From the IMG/VR virus record IMGVR_UViG_3300009108_000751, positions 62,001-126,000 of that record: a stretch of DNA of 64,000 nt. One strand, written 5' to 3'. Under the pieces are notes generated by a model. It had not been told where the DNA came from. It saw only the letters and a list, made by a program, of their open reading frames with translations, and ran no database searches. This document shows, in pieces, positions 56,905 to 63,830 of this stretch (positions are counted from its first letter, which is position 1; every line of letters begins with the position of its first letter). The position numbers were made by a program, and so were the translations under genes.

Positions 56905-57349
56905 TTACCCAAACTGGGGCGCAGGTGATGTCCCATCTTACCAACTCTCAGGTGTGCCATTTGTTACATCATCAAATGGTGCTGAAGTGAGCACAACCCC
57001 AGTCAAGGTACAATTACCTGGCGTCTCAAGATTTCTAGTTATTAAAGAAACCGCAGGCCAGGATCTGAGAGTAGGCTTTTCCGTTGCTGGTGTCAACGGC
57101 ACCGGAGGCGTTTCTGGCTCGGTTCCTACGAATCCAGCTGGTGGTGAGTCTGCTGCTGACAGAAGAAACTATTTTGTCGTAGAAGCTAATACTACTTCTC
57201 CCCGACTAGAGATTAGATGCAAGACCCTTTACTTCCGTCGCGACGGTTCCTCCGACGCCGGATTTTCCATCATCGCAGGAATCACACCAATAGGTACCAG
57301 CCAGTTCCCGCCTCTGACAGGATCCAGCGGATATGACGGGATCGGATAA
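56894..57349 (+). CDS. Beta-rich head-associated hypothetical protein
   Basis: GGAG RBS favours ATG 56894; PSYQLSGVPFVTSS start; head module context. Confidence 0.55.
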   Translation: MPLDYPNWGAGDVPSYQLSGVPFVTSSNGAEVSTTPVKVQLPGVSRFLVIKETAGQDLRVGFSVAGVNGTGGVSGSVPTNPAGGESAADRRNYFVVEANTTSPRLEIRCKTLYFRRDGSSDAGFSIIAGITPIGTSQFPPLTGSSGYDGIG

Positions 57350-57765
57350 TGAAATTGACCCGAGCTAAGCTTAAAGATCTTATAAAAGAATGCATTGTTG
57401 AAGTGCTAGCTGAAGGGCTTGGTGGAGCAACCTTGACCGAGGCTTCTGTGAAAGCAAAGCCGGCCAGAAATCATAAGAAAACACACACGCATACTCGGCG
57501 CAAGGCTTTGGATTCTATAAAATTCGACCAGCGAGTAAATGAGGCTGCATCATCAATGACCGCAGATCCCGTAATGCAATCTATCTTTTCAGATACAGCA
57601 AAAACAACCCTTCAAGACCAGCTCCAGCACACGCATAATTCTCCTTCCATCCCCCCGGGCGCTGATGCTGCAACACGTGCTGCAGCCCTTTCCACGCCCG
57701 AGGATCTTTTTGAAGGATCTTCTAATTGGGCTACCCTGGCATTTAATGACGGCATCAACAAATAA
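57349..57765 (+). CDS. Hypothetical protein with MKLTRAKLKDLIKE N-terminal motif, candidate internal head protein
   Basis: Amphipathic N-terminal helix ending EVLAEG, similar to capsid N-terminus TLAEG. Confidence 0.55.
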   Translation: MKLTRAKLKDLIKECIVEVLAEGLGGATLTEASVKAKPARNHKKTHTHTRRKALDSIKFDQRVNEAASSMTADPVMQSIFSDTAKTTLQDQLQHTHNSPSIPPGADAATRAAALSTPEDLFEGSSNWATLAFNDGINK

Positions 57766-57786
57766 TTTCAAGTTTGTTTTGAGAGT

Positions 57787-57803
57787 ATATTTACTACCGT
57801 TAG
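57787..57803 (+). promoter_or_regulatory. Candidate late promoter ATATTTACTACCGTTAG
   Basis: 16/17 identical to 28478-28494. Confidence 0.6.
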
Positions 57804-57812
57804 GAGAATCCT

Positions 57813-58310
57813 ATGGCACGCAATAAATTTTCTCACAATAGCATGGGGAACCTTATAGAGGTTCGAAACCCTTCTAATCCCGGTCTTCCCGGAAATAGAA
57901 ATGACGCTACGCTTAAAGAAGCTTTCGGATCTTCTCCGATCTATTCTCCTGGTGCAGACAATACTGTTAAGAAGCAGTTTGAAAATCTAGTAATGCAAGG
58001 TGTCCTTGTAGGGGAGGGCCGCAAAGGATCTGGTTTTGGATTTTCCATTTTTAATAGAGACTTTGTCGATGCTCCTGAAGTTGAGGGAGTTGAGAAAGAT
58101 AACAGTGGAGCCGCCGTGGCAAGTCCATACGTTCCTAATGTTGCATCACCAAACTCTTCGGGACAAGTTGAAAAAGTTGTTGTTCCAAACCGACCTGCAG
58201 GCGGAGATTTTGTAGGTGACAGCTTAAGAGATCCAAAAAGCACCTCGGCAGATATTTCTAACGTGAAGATAGGTTCTTATGGTCTTGGCGTAAGCTCAAA
58301 CCAGAGTTAA
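57813..58310 (+). CDS. Hypothetical protein (P/G/N-rich)
   Basis: AGGAG RBS at 57802; head module context. Confidence 0.6.
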   Translation: MARNKFSHNSMGNLIEVRNPSNPGLPGNRNDATLKEAFGSSPIYSPGADNTVKKQFENLVMQGVLVGEGRKGSGFGFSIFNRDFVDAPEVEGVEKDNSGAAVASPYVPNVASPNSSGQVEKVVVPNRPAGGDFVGDSLRDPKSTSADISNVKIGSYGLGVSSNQS

Positions 58311-58319
58311 TATTTTTTA

Positions 58320-58883
58320 ATGTCAGCACTTTATGAAGCATACGTAAGCTTTCCGCGCTATGACGCACGAAGCGGGCTTGGTTATGGTGCTGCAGATTCT
58401 GCTGTAAAACCAGGCCTATCAGTCGGAAAACCGATGTCAATGCCTGGGCTCTATCCCTACAAAGAGCCTCCCACAGACGTCGATGACGACGGAGAAGACC
58501 TTCCCGCCAAGGACAAAAAGAAGGTAATTAATAAAGTGGGTGGCATTACTCGTATTAACGATCCTTTTTCTAGTAACTGGGTAGATAGAGGCGCTTTTGT
58601 TAACTGGGCAACTCGCCTTGATTTATACGAAGCAAGAAACGCAGTAGACTTAGAGGACGTTGTAAGAGGACTCGAGGGAAGTAGTTCAACAGGTGGCATG
58701 AGTCAATTTGTTGCTATGGGAAATGGGGCGGGAATTTATAAGACCCGGTATGGAAAAACAATAGGAATGGATATAGGCGGCAGGCCACAATCATATTCTG
58801 CGACAAAGACAACAAAGAAGATACCTCCATCTTTATCAGACTTTATCAAAGACTATCTAAGGGATGAAGATGAAGAGATCTAA
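58320..58883 (+). CDS. Hypothetical protein
   Basis: Fills gap between 165-aa ORF and bS21. Confidence 0.6.
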   Translation: MSALYEAYVSFPRYDARSGLGYGAADSAVKPGLSVGKPMSMPGLYPYKEPPTDVDDDGEDLPAKDKKKVINKVGGITRINDPFSSNWVDRGAFVNWATRLDLYEARNAVDLEDVVRGLEGSSSTGGMSQFVAMGNGAGIYKTRYGKTIGMDIGGRPQSYSATKTTKKIPPSLSDFIKDYLRDEDEEI

Positions 58884-59097
58884 GAAGTTTCCCGCAGAAT
58901 ATGGTGTCGTTGTAAGGTCTAGACCAAGAGAAAGTACCGACAAATTAATTGCCCGTTTTAAGAGGATGTATAAGCGCTCTGGGTTACAAACTGAAGTAAG
59001 AGAAACGTATATGCAGCGCTTTATGTCAAGATCAGAGAAAAAGAGAATGAAAAAAAATAGAGCAAAGAGAAGGGCTCTGAAAAACAGCAAAGGGTGA
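58864..59097 (+). CDS. rpsU: Phage-encoded 30S ribosomal protein bS21
   Basis: VVVRSRPRESTDKLIARFKRMYKRSGLQTEVR...FMSRSEKKRMKKNRAKRR aligns by eye with bacterial S21 ([30 protein letters not shown]...YEKPTTERKRAKASAVKR); start may be 58864 or 58870. Confidence 0.85.
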   Translation: MKMKRSKKFPAEYGVVVRSRPRESTDKLIARFKRMYKRSGLQTEVRETYMQRFMSRSEKKRMKKNRAKRRALKNSKG

Positions 59098-59115
59098 TTT
59101 TTTCTTCGAATAATC

Positions 59116-59124
59116 ATATTTAAC
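59116..59124 (+). promoter_or_regulatory. Candidate late promoter ATATTTAAC
   Basis: Intergenic upstream of scaffold/capsid genes. Confidence 0.6.
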
Positions 59125-59144
59125 AGTGTAGATGGGTGAGGACT

Positions 59145-60566
59145 ATGACCAGTAATCTCTATGAAGAAGCCATTGCAGATGCTCGAAAGTTACGTGAGAT
59201 AGCTGAGCAAAATGCTAAAAATGCGATCATTGAATCGATAACACCAAAAATTCGTGACTTAATAGAATCCCAAATAATTGGGGACGAAGTGGATTTTGAC
59301 GAATCTGATATCATAGAAGAAACAGCTGCTCAGGCTTCTCAAGATGATGATCAAGAATTCGATATGACTCCCGAAGCTGCGCAAGAGCTCAGGACCATGC
59401 TTGAAAACGATTCGCCTGAAGAGCAGGACGCTCCACCCGATCCCAATAGCGAAGAAGCTTCAATAGTTTCTTCTGCCGCTTATATCAAAGAATGCAATGA
59501 GTACATCGAGACAGTCCGCGAAGTACTCGAAAAAGTCAGGGGAACTAACCCGGCTGAACTTAATGAACAGGACTTACAAAAATATTTGGCTCTGGTCGCA
59601 ATATCAGACCGAGCAGTTAATAAATTATCCGAAATGATGGCAACCGCCGAAGGTATGCAAATCTTCGAAGGTGTCATCCAGAACTCTCAAGATCAGATTC
59701 ACAACTTTAAAAAGGAGATAAAAGAAATGAAGAGATCACTAAGGGACCTATTGTCCGAGGAAGTTATAACCATAGAGCTGGATCTCGGTGAGGATGCCGT
59801 AGTGGATTCTGAAGAAATCTCAGTTAAGGTTAAAGAAGAAGAGCCCCCACTTATCGACGCCGAAGCCGGCGAAGACGAAGAAGAGGGCGACGAAGATGTC
59901 GATGTCGAAGAAGTCGATGTCGATGTCGATGTCGATGTCGAAGAAGACAAAGTCAAAGTCGGAGAGCTTGAAGAGATGATCCTTGAGCTTGAAGAGGAAG
60001 AGGAAGAGGAAGAAGACATGGAAGAAGATGACATGATGGAAGGCCTCGACGACGACACTGTTCTTGAAATTGACGAAAACATGCTGCGCGAGGAGCTCGC
60101 TAAGATTATGCAAGAAAGCGAAGAGTCCGCAGAAGAAGTTATTGAAGAAGCCTCGGAAGAGGAAGAAGTATTAGAAGAAACGGCCGAGTCAGTCGCCACC
60201 GAGCAAAATGACGAACTCCAAGCCGAGATAGAGAGCTATCAGAGCGCAGTTGCTGACCTCCAGTCACAACTCGCCGAGATGAGCTTGTTTAACGCGAAGC
60301 TGCTCTACACCAATAAGCTGCTAATGAATAGCGATCTCAGCCAGACCCAACGGGCACAGGCCATAGAAACGCTCGATGACGCCGCAAGCTTGCGAGAGGT
60401 GAAGCTTCTATTTAAGACTCTTACAGAGTCATTTAGTAAGCGCGCAGAGGATAAAACATCTTCTCGCAATATCGGCGGCGCAAGTCGTCCAACCAAGTCT
60501 GCATCAATGAACTTGAATGAGTCCACCGAGGCTAATCGATGGGCATTGCTGGCAGGCATAAAGTAA
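59145..60566 (+). CDS. Prohead core scaffold protein, T4 gp22-like, very acidic (ATG 59145)
   Basis: NLYEEAIADARKLREIAEQNAKNAII start, long acidic linker, coiled-coil SLFNAKLLYTNKL; immediately upstream of capsid gene; GAGG RBS at 59138. Confidence 0.8.
   Translation: MTSNLYEEAIADARKLREIAEQNAKNAIIESITPKIRDLIESQIIGDEVDFDESDIIEETAAQASQDDDQEFDMTPEAAQELRTMLENDSPEEQDAPPDPNSEEASIVSSAAYIKECNEYIETVREVLEKVRGTNPAELNEQDLQKYLALVAISDRAVNKLSEMMATAEGMQIFEGVIQNSQDQIHNFKKEIKEMKRSLRDLLSEEVITIELDLGEDAVVDSEEISVKVKEEEPPLIDAEAGEDEEEGDEDVDVEEVDVDVDVDVEEDKVKVGELEEMILELEEEEEEEEDMEEDDMMEGLDDDTVLEIDENMLREELAKIMQESEESAEEVIEEASEEEEVLEETAESVATEQNDELQAEIESYQSAVADLQSQLAEMSLFNAKLLYTNKLLMNSDLSQTQRAQAIETLDDAASLREVKLLFKTLTESFSKRAEDKTSSRNIGGASRPTKSASMNLNESTEANRWALLAGIK
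59895..59939 (+). repeat. In-frame GATGTC microsatellite (Asp-Val)n
   Basis: GATGTC x2 (59895-59906) and x4 (59916-59939). Confidence 0.9.
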
Positions 60567-60597
60567 AGAAAACTTTAAAATCTAAGGGAGATTTATA

Positions 60598-62514
60598 ATG
60601 TCTAAGTTTTCACTCGAAACGCTAGCCGAAGGAATTCGGTCGCGTCACATGGGTGAGGAGAACTCCCGCTTGGTCGAAAAGTGGTCTCGCACCGGTCTGC
60701 TCCGCGGCCTGGAATCAACAAAGCGCGAAAACATGGCGCGCCTTCTTGAGAACCAGACTGCAGAGCTTCTTCGTGAGCAAAGCACAATCGGCACAGGCGG
60801 CGGAGCTGGCACCGCTTCTGGTGACCTTCGCGGTTTCTCCAATATCGCCTTTCCAATCGTTCGTCGTGTATTCGGCGGACTTGTCGCAAATGAGCTGGTA
60901 TCCATCCAGCCCATGAGCTTGCCTTCTGGCCTGCTCTTTTATCTTGACTACACCTACGGTTCTAACGTTGGTGGTGACGCATCTCTCACAACGGGCGATG
61001 CAGGAACCTACGACAAAGAAACGTATCAGCGTGGTCAATCCATCTATAACAACCCAACTGGCAAGGGCGTACGCTCTGGTTCATTGGCAACAGGCGGTCA
61101 GTATGACTTGGTCGGTGCAACTTACTCTAAGGTGCACAGCTCCTCGATCTCACCAACCGTTATGTTTGCTGGTGCACACGGTGCAAACTCATCCTTGACA
61201 TCCGGTTCGTTGTGCCATGCCACAGGTTCAGATGCTAAGTTGCTCCAATTCGATCCTCAAGTTCTTGACTTGATCGAAAACGATCCCGGTCTTGACGGTG
61301 ATGGACGCTTCTGCATCGTCATTGTGGACGTCACTGATGCACCCTTTAACAATGTCGATCTTACGAACGCCAAGGACATTTCCTTGTTCTCAGCAGTTCC
61401 TGAGGTTCGTACAGGTGTTAAAGAGCTTGGTGCTAGCTTCCAGGGCGGCAAAGGTATTCTTAACCTCCGTCGCTTGAACCAGCTTGGTACGTTTGCGAAC
61501 AACAAGTTTACCGCAGATCCCATGGTAACAAGAAGCACATCAAATGCTGCTCTCTTGACAGTTATGTCTGGTAACTTCAGCGGTAAAATTGATGCCGGTG
61601 ATGCTGCTACAGCATACCTCTCAGCATCATATGCCATTGGCCCAACATTGAATGTAGAAGACGGTTCTGGTTCTACCCTTACCATTCCTTCATTCGAATC
61701 TGATTTCGGTACTACACCTTCACCAGTGATCCCTGAAATCGACATTAAGGTTGAGTCCATCGCAGTTACAGCTGCTACACGCAAGCTGAGAGCTCGTTGG
61801 TCGCCAGAATTGGCACAGGACCTTAACGCATACCACAGCCTTGACGCTGAGGTTGAGTTGACACAGATCCTTTCTGAGCAAGTTGCTCTTGAAATCGATC
61901 GTGAAATCCTGAATGACCTGCTTAGCGAAGCCCAGGGCGCAAACCTTTACTGGTCACGTGCTCCAGGCAAGTTCCTGAACAAGGAAACAGGCGCCGAAGT
62001 TAAGTTGAATGACAGCTTATCTGCAGGTCCTCGTTTCACAGGCACAGTTCGCGAATGGTACGAGACCCTGGTCGAGTCCGTTATCGATGTTGCTAACACC
62101 ATCCACCGCAAGACACTCCGTGGTTCCGCGAACTTCGTGGTCACCTCTCCGGATGTCTGCACAATGTTCGAAGCTTCAGTGATGTATCGCCCAAGCCTCA
62201 GCATTGACAGCGAAGGTCAGGTTTCCTCCCCATTCAGCCTCGGTGCTGAAAAGGTTGGTACCTTGAGCAACCGCTTTACGGTCTACAAGGACCCATACTT
62301 CCCTCGCAACAAGATTCTTGTTGGTTATAAGGGTGGTAGCTACCTTGAGACAGGATACGTTTATGCTCCGTATGTTCCGCTGATCGTCACACCAACGATC
62401 TTCGCGCCAGAAGACTTCACCCCTCGTAAGGGCGTGATGACTCGCTACGGCAAGAAGATGGTTCGCGCTGACTTCTACGGTACCGTTACGGTTGCTGACT
62501 TGAACGTCATCTAA
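60598..62514 (+). CDS. gp23: Major capsid protein, T4 gp23-like, with ~250-aa insertion
   Basis: LLENQ, AFPIVRRVF, VSIQPMSLPSGLLFYLDY, IPEIDIK, TRKLRARWSPELAQDL, EIDREIL, YAPYVPL, GVMTRYG motifs. Confidence 0.96.
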   Translation: MSKFSLETLAEGIRSRHMGEENSRLVEKWSRTGLLRGLESTKRENMARLLENQTAELLREQSTIGTGGGAGTASGDLRGFSNIAFPIVRRVFGGLVANELVSIQPMSLPSGLLFYLDYTYGSNVGGDASLTTGDAGTYDKETYQRGQSIYNNPTGKGVRSGSLATGGQYDLVGATYSKVHSSSISPTVMFAGAHGANSSLTSGSLCHATGSDAKLLQFDPQVLDLIENDPGLDGDGRFCIVIVDVTDAPFNNVDLTNAKDISLFSAVPEVRTGVKELGASFQGGKGILNLRRLNQLGTFANNKFTADPMVTRSTSNAALLTVMSGNFSGKIDAGDAATAYLSASYAIGPTLNVEDGSGSTLTIPSFESDFGTTPSPVIPEIDIKVESIAVTAATRKLRARWSPELAQDLNAYHSLDAEVELTQILSEQVALEIDREILNDLLSEAQGANLYWSRAPGKFLNKETGAEVKLNDSLSAGPRFTGTVREWYETLVESVIDVANTIHRKTLRGSANFVVTSPDVCTMFEASVMYRPSLSIDSEGQVSSPFSLGAEKVGTLSNRFTVYKDPYFPRNKILVGYKGGSYLETGYVYAPYVPLIVTPTIFAPEDFTPRKGVMTRYGKKMVRADFYGTVTVADLNVI

Positions 62515-62523
62515 GCGACAATA

Positions 62524-62572
62524 GAAACTTCGGTTTCATGAAGGGGAGTCCGAAAGGGCTCCCCTTTTTTTT
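62524..62572 (+). terminator. UUCG mini-hairpin plus GAAA-tetraloop intrinsic terminator
   Basis: GAAAC-TTCG-GTTTC (62524-62537); GGGGAGTCC-GAAA-GGGCTCCCC (62543-62564) followed by T8. Confidence 0.92.
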
Positions 62573-62606
62573 GTCTCTTTATTTCCTTAAGATTCCAGCA
62601 CGGGAA

Positions 62607-62705
62607 CATATCTAATAGTAGGCCCGTCACATTGCATAAGGGTGAACTCGCCACCGTGCCGGAATCATGCGAACAAAATAAAGGAGAAAATTATGCCAAA
62701 GGTTA
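62607..62705 (+). repeat. 99-bp perfect direct repeat, copy 1 (promoter-like motif + leader + RBS + first codons)
   Basis: CATATCTAATAGTAGGCCCG...AAAGGAGAAAATTATGCCAAAGGTTA identical to 63150-63248. Confidence 0.97.
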
Positions 62706-63061
62706 TTATTTCTGATGATAAAGGTCTGAACCAAACCGCAGGTTCGGGGCTGGAGTCTAGGAGCGCTCACTATAGTAGCTACGGGACTACTACAGCTTTA
62801 GCAACAGGTTCTTTCCCGCTTCTTCCTGCGGGAATAGTAAACACTGTTGACAGCACTAACAACGCACATGGTGTTAGATTGCCCAACGCTGCAGGAGCAG
62901 GTCAGATCATGATCGTTAGAAATGTAGACAGTGCTCAGGACTGCGTTATTAGAAATCAAGCTGAGACAGGTGCCATCCTTGTCACGCTCGGCGAAGGTAA
63001 GACTGCTCTTTTCGTAAGTACAGCTTCTGGAAATAACTGGTCTGGAAGTCAGCTCGACTAA
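62693..63061 (+). CDS. Small beta-rich virion protein, candidate capsid decoration/head fibre (true start ATG 62693)
   Basis: AAGGAG RBS; MPKVIISDDKGLNQTAGSG paralogous with the next gene; VRLPNAAGAGQIMIVRN. Confidence 0.55.
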   Translation: MPKVIISDDKGLNQTAGSGLESRSAHYSSYGTTTALATGSFPLLPAGIVNTVDSTNNAHGVRLPNAAGAGQIMIVRNVDSAQDCVIRNQAETGAILVTLGEGKTALFVSTASGNNWSGSQLD

Positions 63062-63089
63062 AAGAAAACTCAAAAGTGTTATTGCAATC

Positions 63090-63115
63090 AAGGTGCTCAA
63101 TCGAGCACCTTTTTT
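63090..63115 (+). terminator. Intrinsic terminator
   Basis: AGGTGCTC-AATC-GAGCACCT followed by TTTTT. Confidence 0.85.
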
Positions 63116-63149
63116 GTTTGAATATTTTCTTCTTTTTTAAGATCTTCCC

Positions 63150-63248
63150 CATATCTAATAGTAGGCCCGTCACATTGCATAAGGGTGAACTCGCCACCGT
63201 GCCGGAATCATGCGAACAAAATAAAGGAGAAAATTATGCCAAAGGTTA
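63150..63248 (+). repeat. 99-bp perfect direct repeat, copy 2
   Basis: Identical to 62607-62705; period 543 bp. Confidence 0.97.
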
Positions 63249-63682
63249 CGTATTCAGATTCGAAGGGGCTCGTCCAGACGTCAGGTGCTGGGATGGCTCT
63301 AACCGGCTTCATGCATGGTCAAAAATGCCCACAGAAGTCGGTAACAAGCACAGACACGCTTACTGTTGAAGACAGTGGCAAGTTAATTACCCTGACGGGA
63401 TCAGCATTTACTTTGTCGCTGCCCAGTGTCTCAGCGGCAAAAGGATGCCACTATACGATCGTTGCTGGTCAAGCTGCGAATTATGTCCTTTCTGAGCTCG
63501 TCGGAACTGACGACAACGTTTTGACGATGGTAAGCGTAAATGCGTCTGCTACTGAAAGAGATCACGCTTTTACCACAGCTACTCTGAGTGGCGGAGCTAT
63601 CGGAGACAGGTTTTACGCCGTCTCTAACGGAACTTGGTGGGTCATCACGGCCTTCGCCAATGCTGCCGTAGCCGCCGCATAA
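63236..63682 (+). CDS. Small beta-rich virion protein, candidate capsid decoration/head fibre (true start ATG 63236)
   Basis: MPKVTYSDSKGLVQTSGAG; TLTVEDSGKLITL...LSLPSVSAAKGCHYTIV. Confidence 0.55.
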   Translation: MPKVTYSDSKGLVQTSGAGMALTGFMHGQKCPQKSVTSTDTLTVEDSGKLITLTGSAFTLSLPSVSAAKGCHYTIVAGQAANYVLSELVGTDDNVLTMVSVNASATERDHAFTTATLSGGAIGDRFYAVSNGTWWVITAFANAAVAAA

Positions 63683-63727
63683 TATAGTGGTTGACAGCTA
63701 AGACTTAGTACTGTCACACTAGAAGAG

Positions 63728-63760
63728 AAAGGCGCCCCCAAGTGGGGCGCCTTTTTTTTT
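63728..63760 (+). terminator. Intrinsic terminator
   Basis: GGCGCCCC-CAAGT-GGGGCGCC followed by T9. Confidence 0.92.
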
Positions 63761-63797
63761 GTTCGTTTTTTCGTCTAGACCTAAGTCTCGTGACTTC

Positions 63798-63804
63798 ATA
63801 CTTA
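63798..63804 (+). promoter_or_regulatory. Candidate late promoter ATACTTA
   Basis: After terminator, before GTG start at 63831. Confidence 0.5.
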
Positions 63805-63830
63805 TACTGTGAGAGTTTCTGGAGAGCCTT

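Noticed and set aside
1076-61784. Numerous minus-strand and nested ORFs in the track (e.g. 3825-4397, 29524-30045, 54702-55196, 59699-60199, 61257-61784)
   Set aside because: They are antisense shadows of well-supported + strand genes, with composition mirroring the sense codons (e.g. poly-Ser opposite poly-Glu) and no RBS or motif.
48008-62514. Inteins or group I introns in MR fusion, TerL, portal or capsid genes
   Set aside because: No C/S...HN splice motifs, LAGLIDADG/HNH motifs or frame interruptions seen; the capsid insertion lacks intein hallmarks.
62642-63235. ORF-track N-terminal extensions MNSPPCRNHANKIKEKI on both cassette genes, and ORF 63076-63369
   Set aside because: They are translations of the shared leader; the AAGGAG RBS points to ATG 62693 and 63236.
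62607-63248. CRISPR array
   Set aside because: Only two 99-bp copies, separated by a coding sequence and terminator; not repeat-spacer architecture; no cas genes in the window.
63691-63720. sigma70 promoter from TTGACA at 63691 (also 31154)
   Set aside because: No TATAAT-like box 16-18 nt downstream, and an intrinsic terminator follows immediately.
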